Source: Bacteriovoracaceae bacterium (GTDB taxonomy: Bacteria; Bdellovibrionota; Bacteriovoracia; Bacteriovoracales; Bacteriovoracaceae). Taken from it: a stretch of 64,000 nucleotides of DNA. Each line of letters begins with the position of its first letter. The stretch's first letter is position 1. The position numbers and the translations under genes are program-made. This document shows, in pieces, positions 17,853 through 28,069 of the stretch. The DNA is taken from assembly GCA_020630335.1 (NCBI GenBank), contig JAHDBN010000004.1, positions 9,258 through 73,257 on the forward strand, given 5' to 3'. Below the pieces are notes generated by a model. That model was not told the DNA's origin, did no database searches, and worked only from the letters and a program-made list of their open reading frames with translations.

Positions 17853-18767
17853 ATGAGTATTTCAGCACAAAATGTTAAAGATTTAAGAGAATCTACAGGC
17901 GCAGGAATGATGGACTGTAAAAAAGCACTTCAGGAATCAAATGGAAACCTTGAGGCTGCGATTGATTACCTTAGAAAAAAAGGCTTAGCTAAAGCTGCGA
18001 AGAAAGCAGGCCGAATAGCAGCAGATGGTTTAGTAGGATGTTGTGTTACTGATGGTGGTAAAACAGCGACTGTAGTTGAGATTAACTGTGAAACAGATTT
18101 CGTTGCTAAGAATGATGATTTCAAAAAATTCGTTAATGAAGTAACTGAGTTCGTAAATAAAAATGACTTCTCTGATAATGATGCAGTCATGAATGCAGGT
18201 TATGGTGATGGAACTTTTAATGATGAAATTAATAATATCACTTTAAAAATTGGTGAGAAGATTGCTTTTAGAAGATTTAAAAAAGTACAAACTAGTGGTT
18301 ATGTTGGTTCTTACTCTCACGGTGGGAAAATTGGTGTTTTAGTTGAAGTCGATTCTGATAATGATGTGAGTTCAAATAATGAATTCCAAGAAATGGTAAA
18401 AAATATTTGTATGCATGTTGCAGCTTCAGATACTAGATTCATTAATGAAAATGAGATTGATGAAGATTTCAAAGCTAGAGAAGCAGAAATTTATGCAGCT
18501 CAATTAAAAGATCAAGGTAAACCTGAAGATATGATACCTAATATTGTGAAAGGTAAGCTTAATAAATTAGCTTCAGAAATTTGTTTAATGAAGCAAAAAT
18601 TTGTTATGAATCCTGATCAGTCAGTAGAAAGTTATGTTGCAGAAACATCTAAAAGCTTTGGTGCAAGTGTAAACGTAAAAAACTTTTACAAGTTTAGCCT
18701 TGGAGAAGGAATTGAAAAAAAGCAAGATAACCTTGCTGATGAAGTCGCAAAAATGACAAGAAACTAA
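17853..18767 (+). CDS. tsf: Elongation factor Ts
   Basis: UBA-like N-terminus ..VKDLRESTGAGMMDCKKAL..GNLEAAIDYLRKKG.., ..EINCETDFVAKN... Confidence 0.95.
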   Translation: MSISAQNVKDLRESTGAGMMDCKKALQESNGNLEAAIDYLRKKGLAKAAKKAGRIAADGLVGCCVTDGGKTATVVEINCETDFVAKNDDFKKFVNEVTEFVNKNDFSDNDAVMNAGYGDGTFNDEINNITLKIGEKIAFRRFKKVQTSGYVGSYSHGGKIGVLVEVDSDNDVSSNNEFQEMVKNICMHVAASDTRFINENEIDEDFKAREAEIYAAQLKDQGKPEDMIPNIVKGKLNKLASEICLMKQKFVMNPDQSVESYVAETSKSFGASVNVKNFYKFSLGEGIEKKQDNLADEVAKMTRN

Positions 18768-18776
18768 ATATCTTAA

Positions 18777-18801
18777 GGGCCTTTTTGAAGGCCCTTTTTT
18801 T
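18777..18801 (+). terminator. Hairpin plus T-run between tsf and pyrH (terminator/attenuator)
   Basis: GGGCC-TTTTTGAA-GGCCC followed by T7. Confidence 0.6.
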
Positions 18802-18811
18802 GGAATAAAAA

Positions 18812-19522
18812 ATGAAATTTAAAAGAATACTACTGAAATTATCTGGAGAAGCATTAGCGGGTGATAAAGGATATGGGGTAGATGTAAAAATATTAGATAC
18901 TTTAAGTGAAGAGATCTCAGAGCTTTCACAATCAGGAGTGGAAGTTGCTATTGTTGTTGGAGCCGGAAATATCCACAGAGGAGTAGCTGGTGCGACAGAA
19001 GGAATGGACAGAGCAACCTCTGATTATATGGGTATGGTCGCTACTGTTCTTAATGCTCTTGCTATTCAAGATGCTCTAGAAAGAAGAAATACATTCACAC
19101 GAGTATTATCTGCTATTGATATGCAAGAGGTTGCAGAACCTTATATTAGAAGAAGAGCAGTGAGACATCTTGAAAAAGGAAGAGTTGTTATATTTGCTGC
19201 TGGAACAGGTAATCCATATTTTACTACTGATACTACTGCAGCATTACGAGCAAATGAAATTCATGCGGATGTAATTTTGAAAGCAACGAAAGTTGATGGG
19301 ATTTATGATAAAGACCCCGTTGAGTATAAGGATGCTATAAAATATGATCAAATTGAATATCTAGAAGTTATCAAGCAAGGAATAAAAGTCATGGATTCTA
19401 CTGCCGTTACTTTATGTATGGATAATAAAATGGATATTATAGTTTTTAATATGTTTGAAAAAGGAAACATCAAGAGAGTAGTTTCCGGTGAAAAAATAGG
19501 TACTTTAGTTACATTGAAATAA
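18812..19522 (+). CDS. pyrH: UMP kinase
   Basis: ..[14 protein letters not shown].., ..[10 protein letters not shown].., ..[20 protein letters not shown].., ..[20 protein letters not shown]... Confidence 0.95.
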   Translation: MKFKRILLKLSGEALAGDKGYGVDVKILDTLSEEISELSQSGVEVAIVVGAGNIHRGVAGATEGMDRATSDYMGMVATVLNALAIQDALERRNTFTRVLSAIDMQEVAEPYIRRRAVRHLEKGRVVIFAAGTGNPYFTTDTTAALRANEIHADVILKATKVDGIYDKDPVEYKDAIKYDQIEYLEVIKQGIKVMDSTAVTLCMDNKMDIIVFNMFEKGNIKRVVSGEKIGTLVTLK

Positions 19523-19531
19523 GAGAGGTTT

Positions 19532-20092
19532 ATGATGATTGATGATATAAAGAAAACATTAGAAGAAAATATGACTCAAGCAATTGAGAAACTAAATACA
19601 AATCTTATGAAAGTAAGAACAGGAAGAGCGAATCCTTCAGTTTTAGATAAAGTTGTTGTGGATTATTATGGAACTCCAACTCCTATCAAGCAGGTAGGAC
19701 AAATGAGTACTCCTGAAGCAAGGCTACTTCAAATTCAACCATTTGATAAATCTTTAATTGGAGAAATTGAAAAAGCGATTATTAATTCAAACCTAGGATT
19801 AACACCTTCAAATGATGGTAACCTTATCAGGATTTCTTTTCCTCTTTTAACTGAAGATAAAAGAAAAGATTTAGTTAAAGATGTAAAAAAGATGGGAGAG
19901 GATGCCAAGATTGCAATTAGAAACTCTAGAAGAGATCAAAATGATCTTGTTAAAAAATCAGAAAAAGCCAAAGAACTTTCAGAAGATGATTCAAAAAAAT
20001 ATCAACAAGAAATTCAAAAAGTAACAGATACTTTCGTTGGAAAAGTGGATGTTGTTATTGAAGCCAAAGAAAAAGAGTTGATGACTATTTAA
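19532..20092 (+). CDS. frr: Ribosome recycling factor
   Basis: ..LMKVRTGRANPSVLD.V.VDYYG.PTP..Q.. and ..LTEDKRKDLVK.. are typical RRF. 186 aa. Confidence 0.95.
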   Translation: MMIDDIKKTLEENMTQAIEKLNTNLMKVRTGRANPSVLDKVVVDYYGTPTPIKQVGQMSTPEARLLQIQPFDKSLIGEIEKAIINSNLGLTPSNDGNLIRISFPLLTEDKRKDLVKDVKKMGEDAKIAIRNSRRDQNDLVKKSEKAKELSEDDSKKYQQEIQKVTDTFVGKVDVVIEAKEKELMTI

Positions 20093-20797
20093 ATGAAATC
20101 AATCCAAAATGTTGCTATTATTATGGATGGTAATGGTCGCTGGGCCCAAAATAGATTTAGGCCTAGAATTTGGGGACATGTCCGTGGTGCTCATGTCATC
20201 TCTAATATCTCAGAAAGAGCAAGTGATTTGGGTCTCAATTCGCTAACTCTTTATGCTTTTAGTACTGAAAATCTATCTAGACCTGAAGCAGAAGTGAGTT
20301 TCTTATTTCGATTGTTAGATAAATTTCTTATTAGAGAAGAGAAAAAAATTTTAGAAAATAATATACAGTTTAAAGTCTTAGGTGATTTTTCATTTTTAAA
20401 TAAGAAGACCTTAGAGAGAATTTCAAATTTAGAAAACAAAACAAAAGAGAATACAGGATTAAAACTAAGATTTGCTTTTGGTTATGGAGGAAGATCTGAA
20501 ATTCTTCGTGCTTGCAAAAAGTTAAATGAGAATCAAGAAGAAATATCTGAAGAGAATTTTTCTAAAGCATTATATGATGATGAAAGTGATATTGATCTTT
20601 TAATAAGAACTGGAGGAGATCAAAGAATTTCTAATTTTTTATTATGGCAAATTGCTTATGCTGAGTTATTTTTCACAAAAACTCCTTGGCCAGATTTTAC
20701 GACACAAGAGTTTTCTCAAATAATCCAAGATACTTCAAAAAGAGAAAGGCGCTTTGGACAAATATTAACTGAATCAATTAAAGAGATGAGTTTATGA
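20093..20797 (+). CDS. uppS: Undecaprenyl (di-trans,poly-cis) diphosphate synthase
   Basis: ..VAIIMDGNGRWA.., ..LTLYAFSTENLSRP..EV.., ..DLLIRTGGDQRISNFLLWQIAYAELFF... Confidence 0.9.
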   Translation: MKSIQNVAIIMDGNGRWAQNRFRPRIWGHVRGAHVISNISERASDLGLNSLTLYAFSTENLSRPEAEVSFLFRLLDKFLIREEKKILENNIQFKVLGDFSFLNKKTLERISNLENKTKENTGLKLRFAFGYGGRSEILRACKKLNENQEEISEENFSKALYDDESDIDLLIRTGGDQRISNFLLWQIAYAELFFTKTPWPDFTTQEFSQIIQDTSKRERRFGQILTESIKEMSL

Positions 20798-21585
20798 GTT
20801 CAACTAAACCTCGAATTATTTCTGCTTTAGTTTTAATGCTCATAGTAGGTCTCTGCTTGTATCTAGGACCAGTAGTTTCTAGTTTTTTAGTAATTATTTT
20901 TGGCATGTTTGTAATTGATGAACTTTTAGTAAATTTTTTTAAAAAAGAACGATTAAAGTTTGATTACTTTATAGCTTTTATTTTGTACTTTTTTTCGTTA
21001 TTTATTTTTTATAGATATCCAATAAGTAATTTGTATCTGTACTTAAATTTAGTTTTAAATTTCTTTTTATTATTATTTTTATTCATTAAAAAATTTAGAT
21101 TTTCTATTCTCTCAAAACATAGGTACTTAGGAGGATTTTTAGTAGTATTACCTATTTTATCACTAATCCAAATCTTATCATTAAATCCTTGGCCTATTTT
21201 TATCATTGGATTGATTTGCGTTACCACAATATCTGATGCTGGGGCTTGGTTTTTTGGAAAAAATTATGGAAAAACGGCTTTATGGAAAGCTGTTAGCCCT
21301 AATAAGACAATAGAAGGTGCAGCTTCTGGAATTTTTTTAACAATCATATTGATGTCTCTTTTCTGGTTTACTCTTCTTGATAAGTTCTCTTGGTGGTATA
21401 TCTTGATCTTTGCTCTTTGGTCTATTTTAGGCATCTTAGGTGATCTTATTCAATCTAAGTTTAAACGTAAGTATAAAATAAAGGATAGTTCATCGTTAAT
21501 ACCAGGGCATGGTGGATTTTTTGATAGAGGAGATAGTATTCTTTTTTTAGCTCCTTTTTATTTGATCTTACTTCGGCTTATGTAG
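20794..21585 (+). CDS. cdsA: Phosphatidate cytidylyltransferase (CDP-diglyceride synthase)
   Basis: Polytopic membrane protein with the C-terminal signature ..SKFKRKYKIKDSSSLIPGHGGFFDRGDS... 4-nt overlap with uppS. Confidence 0.85.
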   Translation: MSSTKPRIISALVLMLIVGLCLYLGPVVSSFLVIIFGMFVIDELLVNFFKKERLKFDYFIAFILYFFSLFIFYRYPISNLYLYLNLVLNFFLLLFLFIKKFRFSILSKHRYLGGFLVVLPILSLIQILSLNPWPIFIIGLICVTTISDAGAWFFGKNYGKTALWKAVSPNKTIEGAASGIFLTIILMSLFWFTLLDKFSWWYILIFALWSILGILGDLIQSKFKRKYKIKDSSSLIPGHGGFFDRGDSILFLAPFYLILLRLM

Positions 21586-21617
21586 TCATGAGAACAAATT
21601 CATAATAATATCAATCT

Positions 21618-23132
21618 ATGGCCTTATTACAACAAATTGCAATTTTTCTTTTATTTCTTGGACCTTTAGTTTTTTTTCATGAGCTAGGTCATTTTTTATT
21701 TGCGAAGTTTTTTGGTGTTAAAGTTGAAAAATTTTCAATTGGATTTGGAAAAAAGATTTTAGGTTTCACTAAAGGAGATACGGAGTACAAATTCGCGCTT
21801 ATTCCTTTAGGTGGATATGTAAAAATGTTTGGAGATGATCCAACGAGAAAAGATGAAATCTCTCCGGCTGAAAGAGAACAAGCGTTTAATCATAAATCTA
21901 AATGGGCCAGGTTTTGGATAGTTATGGGTGGCCCCCTTGCTAATTTCATTTTAGCATTTGTGATTTATGGCTTTTTAATTTTTAAATCAGGAGAAGTTCG
22001 AAATTTTAAAATTGCAGAATTAAATGATGAAGCGAAATTATCAAAAGTAGGTTTTCAGACAGGAGATATCTTAAAAAAACTGAATGATAAATTCATTTAT
22101 ACCCAGGAAGATATTTTTTTTCTAGAAGAAAAAGAAAATATTTTTGAAGTAGAAAGAATGGGGGAGCAAGTAGAGATCAAGACAAATGAGTCGGTAGAAG
22201 ATCTGTTTGAAGATTATATTCAAAATTCTTCATACTTAACTCAAGCTAAAGTTTTTGATAAGAATAAAAATACATTCTATCTCTCCTTAGAAAAAGATAA
22301 GTTTATCGAATTATCAATGAATGAAGTAAAACTTCAATTTAATCAAGAGATTCATCTTTTTGATAAAAATAAAGAGTTTGCAAAAACTCTAAAAGGAACA
22401 AATTTAACTCAAATATTACTTGCAAATAATTTATATTCTCATGATTTGAAAATAAAAAGAGTTGTAGAGAATAATCCCGCATCTAAAGCAGGACTTAAGT
22501 CTGATGATATATTGATTGAGTTTTCTAATGAGAATTTACATAGTTTCTATGATCTTCCTAAGAAGTTAAAAGAAGTAAAAGAAGAACCAACATCTTTAAA
22601 ATTTATCAGAGATGGGAAAATTCAAGAAACAATACTTTCTGCAAAAAAACTAGAAGGTAGTGAGGATATTTTTAGGATAGGTATAGAAAGTTCAATGGAA
22701 ATGTATGATTCTGGAACCTCTGAGATTCAAAGTCCTGGCTTGTTTCATGCATTAAAAATGGGTTGTTTTAAAACTTACCTAGGAATGAAAAAAACGATAG
22801 AAGTCGTAGGAAAACTGTTTACAGGTGATGAAAAAGTGATGAAATCTGTAGGAGGGCCAGTTGCAATTGCCAATATGGCGACTCAGTCTTTCATGATAGG
22901 TTGGAAGCATTTTCTTTCTCTTATGGCAATTCTCTCTATAAACCTTGGAATATTTAATTTATTGCCAGTTCCTGTTTTAGATGGAGGGCATATTGTTCTT
23001 CTAGGTATCGAAGCAATACTAGGTCGACCTTTATCTGAAAAAAAACTAATGCTTGTCCAGCAAACGGGTCTTTTTGTTCTTCTTTCTCTTATGAGTATAG
23101 TAATTATTAATGACATCATTAAACTCTTCTAA
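21618..23132 (+). CDS. rseP: Site-2 (M50) regulated intramembrane zinc protease RseP
   Basis: HELGHF in TM1, PDZ-like central region, and ..FNLLPVPVLDGGH.. near the C-terminus. Conserved position after cdsA. Confidence 0.9.
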   Translation: MALLQQIAIFLLFLGPLVFFHELGHFLFAKFFGVKVEKFSIGFGKKILGFTKGDTEYKFALIPLGGYVKMFGDDPTRKDEISPAEREQAFNHKSKWARFWIVMGGPLANFILAFVIYGFLIFKSGEVRNFKIAELNDEAKLSKVGFQTGDILKKLNDKFIYTQEDIFFLEEKENIFEVERMGEQVEIKTNESVEDLFEDYIQNSSYLTQAKVFDKNKNTFYLSLEKDKFIELSMNEVKLQFNQEIHLFDKNKEFAKTLKGTNLTQILLANNLYSHDLKIKRVVENNPASKAGLKSDDILIEFSNENLHSFYDLPKKLKEVKEEPTSLKFIRDGKIQETILSAKKLEGSEDIFRIGIESSMEMYDSGTSEIQSPGLFHALKMGCFKTYLGMKKTIEVVGKLFTGDEKVMKSVGGPVAIANMATQSFMIGWKHFLSLMAILSINLGIFNLLPVPVLDGGHIVLLGIEAILGRPLSEKKLMLVQQTGLFVLLSLMSIVIINDIIKLF

Positions 23133-23694
23133 TTATTTAATCATAGACACCTCTGAAGCGTGTAAAGTCTGGTTCTTTTTCAAAGGAGAATTAGAGAAAA
23201 CATTAAACTTAAAAGAAAGACCTTCAGTTGTTTTATTTGAATCAATTCATCAAATCTTAGATGAGTATTCCCTTGATATTAGAGAAATAGAGCGTTTCTA
23301 TTTTTGTAAAGGTCCAGGATCTTATACTGGGCTTAGAATTTCAGAGGGGCTTGAGCAGTATTTAAGGATGAATAAGATAAATTGTTCAGGGTTTTATTCT
23401 TTTGAAATATTGAATCTTTTTGATTCAAACTATTGCTATCTCTCTAACGCTTTTAAAAATGAATATTTTTTTGCTTGGAAAGACAAAGATATTAAATATA
23501 AAAAAATAAAAAAAGAATTTTTAGAGCAAGAAATTGGAGAATTAGAAGTTATTTCTTCAAATTGTTTAGAGAAAACATATGATAAGTTCATAAATGATAA
23601 AATTGTTGATTTCTTAAATTATTTAAAAAATGAAAACAAGGTGAAAGAAGTGTTTTATTATAGATCTTTAGATGAAGAGTATAAAAGAAAATGA
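23110..23694 (+). CDS. tsaB: tRNA t6A biosynthesis protein TsaB-like (inactive Kae1/Gcp paralog)
   Basis: ..YLIIDTSEACKV.. at the N-terminus and ..CKGPGSYTGLRI.. match TsaB. 194 aa. Overlaps the rseP end by 23 nt. Confidence 0.6.
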   Translation: MTSLNSSNYLIIDTSEACKVWFFFKGELEKTLNLKERPSVVLFESIHQILDEYSLDIREIERFYFCKGPGSYTGLRISEGLEQYLRMNKINCSGFYSFEILNLFDSNYCYLSNAFKNEYFFAWKDKDIKYKKIKKEFLEQEIGELEVISSNCLEKTYDKFINDKIVDFLNYLKNENKVKEVFYYRSLDEEYKRK

Positions 23695-24323
23695 ATTTTT
23701 TTTCTATTACTAAAATACAAATATTTTTTGCTGCAGTAGTTGTTATTTTTGCAGGGAAGTTTTCTCTTTTATTAGGAGGGATTTCTTTTCTTCTTTTCTT
23801 TATGATTTTATGGTTTTTAAGGAAAAAGAAATTTGAGAATAGAGCCGAGAAGTATGTTACAGATGATATTTTTCTTTCTCCTATTACAGGTATAGTTAAA
23901 GATATCGAAAGTAATGAATATCAAAGTAAAATTTTAGTTAAAACCTCATTTTATCATCAGTGGGGAGTATATTTCCCTGCTACTTGTAAAATAACAAACT
24001 TTGGATTTAAGCGATTGAAACATGATGGAATATCTATCTTTTCAAGAAAAGAAATCAAAGATCTTGAAAATAATAGTTATGATTTTATTGAGATGGAGAA
24101 TGATTCCATTAGAATAGAGTTAAGATTCTTAAATGCTAATAATTTTGAGGAGCTTTCAATTGGAGTTGATCTTGGTGATATAGGATCAATAGGAAGTAAT
24201 ATTGGATTTAAAGCATTTGGAGGATATTTATTGATTTCTATATATGGAAAGCATAGATTAAATATAAAAGAAGGAATGAAAGTTTCAGCGATAGAAACAT
24301 TCTTATGTCAGTCTTATGAATAA
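23691..24323 (+). CDS. Short membrane-anchored phosphatidylserine-decarboxylase-like protein (atypical; see finding)
   Basis: 210 aa, 2 N-terminal TM helices, sits directly upstream of pssA. The layout ..SPITGIV.., ..FYHQWGVYFP.., ..IGFKAFGGYL.. parallels short-type PSD (..APADGKI.., ..H....P..G.., ..G.I.FGS.V..). The Ser of the expected GS self-cleavage site is Gly here. Confidence 0.45.
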   Translation: MNFFSITKIQIFFAAVVVIFAGKFSLLLGGISFLLFFMILWFLRKKKFENRAEKYVTDDIFLSPITGIVKDIESNEYQSKILVKTSFYHQWGVYFPATCKITNFGFKRLKHDGISIFSRKEIKDLENNSYDFIEMENDSIRIELRFLNANNFEELSIGVDLGDIGSIGSNIGFKAFGGYLLISIYGKHRLNIKEGMKVSAIETFLCQSYE

Positions 24324-25047
24324 TGATACTAAAAAAATTCAATTTTTCTTACCTAATCTTTTTACTGCAATGAATATGGCATGTGGTTTTTTGGCCATCT
24401 TGGTAGCATTTAAAGGTGAGTTTTATAAAGCATGTTTTTTTGTGGGGATAGGCTGTATTTTTGATTTGTTTGATGGCCGTGTTGCGAGATGGACAGGAAC
24501 TCAATCAGGTTTTGGAGAGCAATTTGATTCCTTAAGTGATTTGGTAACATTTGGAATGGCACCTGCTATTATATTTTATTTAAAATTTTTAAGTGGATAT
24601 GAGAGATTAGGTATAGTTCTCTCTTTTTTATATTTGTTAGCAGGAGCCTTAAGACTTGCTCGGTTTAATGCTAATATTAATAAAGTTTCTTCAGATTTTT
24701 TTCAAGGTTTACCAAGCCCAGGTGGTGCATTGGCAATGATTGGATTTATTTTGTTTTCTCTTGAATTCAATATTCCTTATCTAAACATTGTATCTATCGC
24801 TTATATTATTCTTTACTCAATTTTATTGGTTTCAACGATACCTTTTTACTCTTTTAAAAAATCAGAATTTATAGCAAGACATAAAAGAAAAGTATTCTTG
24901 CTCATTATTGGTGTAATTGCTTCTATTTTTATTTATGAAGAAATTGTTTTGTTTGTAGTTTTAAACCTCTATGTCTTCATTTCTCTTATGGTTTTTCTTA
25001 AAAATAAGAAAAATATTATTGATGAGTCTTTTGCTCTTGATGATTAA
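24316..25047 (+). CDS. pssA: CDP-diacylglycerol--serine O-phosphatidyltransferase (CDP-alcohol phosphatidyltransferase family)
   Basis: Family motif D-G-x2-A-R-x8-G-x3-D-x3-D in ..DLFDGRVARWTGTQSGFGEQFDSLSDL... Polytopic membrane protein. Confidence 0.85.
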   Translation: MNNDTKKIQFFLPNLFTAMNMACGFLAILVAFKGEFYKACFFVGIGCIFDLFDGRVARWTGTQSGFGEQFDSLSDLVTFGMAPAIIFYLKFLSGYERLGIVLSFLYLLAGALRLARFNANINKVSSDFFQGLPSPGGALAMIGFILFSLEFNIPYLNIVSIAYIILYSILLVSTIPFYSFKKSEFIARHKRKVFLLIIGVIASIFIYEEIVLFVVLNLYVFISLMVFLKNKKNIIDESFALDD

Positions 25048-25053
25048 GTTAAG

Positions 25054-25845
25054 ATGGAAGATTTTAATTTTTATTATTTAATTCGACTGCAATATTTGGG
25101 AACACATTACCACGGTTGGCAAATACAAGTTGATGAAAAAACAATTCAAGGTGAATTAAATAAAGCACTATCTCTAGTTTTGAATAATAAAAATTTTAAA
25201 ACATTAGGAGCAAGCAGAACAGATGCGGGAGTCCACGCACTAGATCAGGTATGTAAGATAAGTCTGAAAAATAATATTCCTCCCCAATCTTTAAAATTAG
25301 CTTTAAACAAAATACTACCTAAAGATATTAGTGTTAAAGATTGTCAGAATATTCAGGATAGTTTTCATCCTATTTATCATGTTGAAAGAAAAACTTACAG
25401 CTATTACTTCACTCAATCAAAGACATCGATAGACTTAGATAAAAGGTTATATAGCTATAGTACTTCATTTGATTTAGACCTTGATAAGATGAATCTTGCT
25501 GCTCAAGGTTTAATTGGAGAGTTTGATTTTCAAAATTATTTTACTCTTGGATCAGAGCATAAGAGTACTATTCGATCAATTTATAAAGCTCAAATTTCTA
25601 GTGTGTCGGAACATCATCCTTTTTTTAGTAATACTAATGAGCTTTATGTTTTTAGTATTTCTGGGAATGGCTTCTTAAAGCAGATGATAAGATTATTAAT
25701 GGGCGCCTTACTAGAAATAGGAAAAAATAAGGTAAGCGTAGAAGATTTTTTTGATTCTTTAAGAATTAAGAAAGATAAGAGAATAGGGCCAGTAGTTCCC
25801 GCTCATGGACTTTTCTTAGAAGAGATTATTCTTAGTAAGAAATGA
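25054..25845 (+). CDS. truA: tRNA pseudouridine(38-40) synthase
   Basis: ..YLGTHYHGWQIQ.. and catalytic ..GASRTDAGVHA.., ..GNGFLKQMIR... Confidence 0.9.
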   Translation: MEDFNFYYLIRLQYLGTHYHGWQIQVDEKTIQGELNKALSLVLNNKNFKTLGASRTDAGVHALDQVCKISLKNNIPPQSLKLALNKILPKDISVKDCQNIQDSFHPIYHVERKTYSYYFTQSKTSIDLDKRLYSYSTSFDLDLDKMNLAAQGLIGEFDFQNYFTLGSEHKSTIRSIYKAQISSVSEHHPFFSNTNELYVFSISGNGFLKQMIRLLMGALLEIGKNKVSVEDFFDSLRIKKDKRIGPVVPAHGLFLEEIILSKK

Positions 25846-25964
25846 CTCAGTGCAAAGCAGATAAGCTTTGATTTGTAAAAGCTTAATTAAAGCTTACTTG
25901 CTGAGAATAAAGAATTATGTTAGATTTCGTCAAAATATAACTTATTTATAGGAGCAAAGTACTT

Positions 25965-27251
25965 ATGAGCTATTCTGTTGAAGAAGTAAATGGATGTACG
26001 AAAAAACTTAAATTTAATTTTGAATCAGTTGATCTTTCAAATGAAATCAATGCATCACTTAAAGAAAAGCAAAAGAGTGCAAAGTTAAAAGGATATAGAC
26101 CAGGCAAGGCACCTCTTTCTATGATCCAAAGTTTATATGGGCCTCAAGTTGAAAACCAAGCCCTTTATAGTTTTGTTACCAAAGAATTTTATACTGCAGT
26201 AGAGTCTGAAGGTTTTAAAGTCGTAGGTTATCCTAAGTTTTCTGAAACTAATTATGAAGTGGAGAAGAAAAATATTTCTTTCTCAGCAGAAGTTGAAGTT
26301 TTACCTACTTTTGATTTAAATGATTACTCTGGCTTTGAGTTTACTCAAGAAGTATCAACAATTACTGAAGATGATGTTAATAAAGTTAAAGAGCAATTAC
26401 TAAATTCTCGAAGCGAAGTAGTTGCTATCAATGATGACAATGTTACTTTAGATAAAGGACATATTGCGATAATGAATTTCGAAGGCGAAAAAGAAGATGG
26501 AACTCGTCCTGAAAATATGAAAGGGAGTGAATTTTCTTTAGAAATTGGTTCTAACCAATTCATCCCTGGATTTGAAGATGGCATGCAAGATATGAAGAAA
26601 GGGGAAAAGAAAACAATAGAATTAACTTTTCCAGAAAACTACCACGCAGAAGACTTAAAAAATGCAAAAGTTAAATTTGATGTTGAAGTTTTAGAAATAA
26701 AAGAAAAAAAGCTTCCTGAATTAACAGATGAGTTAATGAAAGAGTTTAACTTTGATTCTGTTGAAGATTTTAATAATAAAACAAAGCAAAGATTAGAAAC
26801 TGAAAATAAAAGAAAAGCAGATGAAAAACTTCATCAAGAAATACTAGAAAAACTTGTAGCAGAGAATAACTTTGATCTTCCAAAAGCTTTAATTGAAAAC
26901 CAGGTCACGGCTTTGAAAGAAGAAGCCAAAAATAGTCTTTTAAGATCTGGGTTTAACGAATCAATGCTAGAAGAGTATTACAAAAAATGGGATGATGATT
27001 TTCAAACAAGGGCTAATTTTCAAGTTAGATCAGGGTTAATCTTAGAGAAATTGTCGGAAAAATATAAAGTTTCGGTTGAAAGCTCAGATTTAGATGATAA
27101 GTATAAACATATGGCAGAGCTCTCTTCTATGGAGTTAGAAAAAATCAAGACCATTTATGCCGGGAATGAAAACTTACAAAAAAACTTGAGTTATGCAATC
27201 AAAGAAGAAAAGACATTTGCTGAACTTAAAAAAGAAATTACTATAAAATAG
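25965..27251 (+). CDS. tig: Trigger factor
   Basis: 428 aa. N-terminal ribosome-binding ..GYRPGKAP.. loop and central FKBP-like ..IPGFEDGMQDMKKGEKK... Confidence 0.9.
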   Translation: MSYSVEEVNGCTKKLKFNFESVDLSNEINASLKEKQKSAKLKGYRPGKAPLSMIQSLYGPQVENQALYSFVTKEFYTAVESEGFKVVGYPKFSETNYEVEKKNISFSAEVEVLPTFDLNDYSGFEFTQEVSTITEDDVNKVKEQLLNSRSEVVAINDDNVTLDKGHIAIMNFEGEKEDGTRPENMKGSEFSLEIGSNQFIPGFEDGMQDMKKGEKKTIELTFPENYHAEDLKNAKVKFDVEVLEIKEKKLPELTDELMKEFNFDSVEDFNNKTKQRLETENKRKADEKLHQEILEKLVAENNFDLPKALIENQVTALKEEAKNSLLRSGFNESMLEEYYKKWDDDFQTRANFQVRSGLILEKLSEKYKVSVESSDLDDKYKHMAELSSMELEKIKTIYAGNENLQKNLSYAIKEEKTFAELKKEITIK

Positions 27252-27292
27252 AATTTACCGATATAATTATCTTAATAACATAAGGAAGTGTT

Positions 27293-28069
27293 ATGAAGAT
27301 AATTTCATACGTCATACTAAGCTCATTTATTTCTCTTACGACTTACTTTTCAGCGAGTGATTTCTCTTTTGAATATCAAAATGGTCAGGGTCAAGGATCT
27401 TTTAGTTTATTTAAAAATGATGCTATTTTAAAAGAAAATGGTCGCTTTGAAATTTTAAAAGAAAAATCGATTAAAATATTTATAGATGAAGAAGAAATCG
27501 AGTTAACAGGTTTGCCTCGCTTTGCTTCGGAATTAGATCACTTAAAAGTAGATTCCTTGTCAATATTAAGTCAGACCGCTCAGAAATTTTATATTTCTTT
27601 AAAAAGTGGTTTTTCAAAAAGTGAAGATGAGAAAATAATAAATTTTGAGAGTTTAGTTATTAATTGTTTGAATCATCGTCATTCAAACAATTTATTTTTT
27701 GATGATTTCATTTTAAATTGTCTTGAAAAGGGAAATATTCGGCTAGGAACTTTAGTATTGCCGAAAAAATCGTTCTTGCTTCAAAATTCTATTAAGAATG
27801 CTGTAGGAAAAATAAGATTAGGGAACATTGAGCTCCAAGCAGATTTAAAGATGAGGATTTCAGGAAAGTTAAAGATAAAAGCATTTGCCAGTTATGATGA
27901 AGAGCAAAAAATCCTTCAAGTTAAGATTAAGTCTGCAAAATTAGGAATTTTACCAATTACAAGTATTCTTCTTGAGGAATTAGCAAAAATAAAGAGTGAT
28001 GTACTTAAAGTAGATAAGGCCAAGAAACAAATTAATATTTATTTAAAAGATCAGATAGTATTTCAATAA
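27293..28069 (+). CDS. Hypothetical secreted protein
   Basis: 258 aa with signal peptide MKIISYVILSSFISLTTYFSA and an AAGGAAG RBS. No recognisable family. Confidence 0.5.
   Translation: MKIISYVILSSFISLTTYFSASDFSFEYQNGQGQGSFSLFKNDAILKENGRFEILKEKSIKIFIDEEEIELTGLPRFASELDHLKVDSLSILSQTAQKFYISLKSGFSKSEDEKIINFESLVINCLNHRHSNNLFFDDFILNCLEKGNIRLGTLVLPKKSFLLQNSIKNAVGKIRLGNIELQADLKMRISGKLKIKAFASYDEEQKILQVKIKSAKLGILPITSILLEELAKIKSDVLKVDKAKKQINIYLKDQIVFQ

Noticed and set aside
21586-21617. Absence of dxr between cdsA and rseP, and of bamA after rseP, compared with the common uppS-cdsA-dxr-rseP-bamA arrangement
   Set aside because: Gene order alone says nothing about the presence of these genes elsewhere. 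I cannot infer isoprenoid pathway type from one window.
25846-25905. Three AAGCTT palindromes (25863, 25879, 25890) bracketed by imperfect CTCAG..CTGAG complementarity after truA
   Set aside because: It could fold into a branched structure, but the stems are short and interrupted and there is no T-run. It may be chance in AT-rich DNA, and there is no evidence for a repeat family elsewhere in the window.
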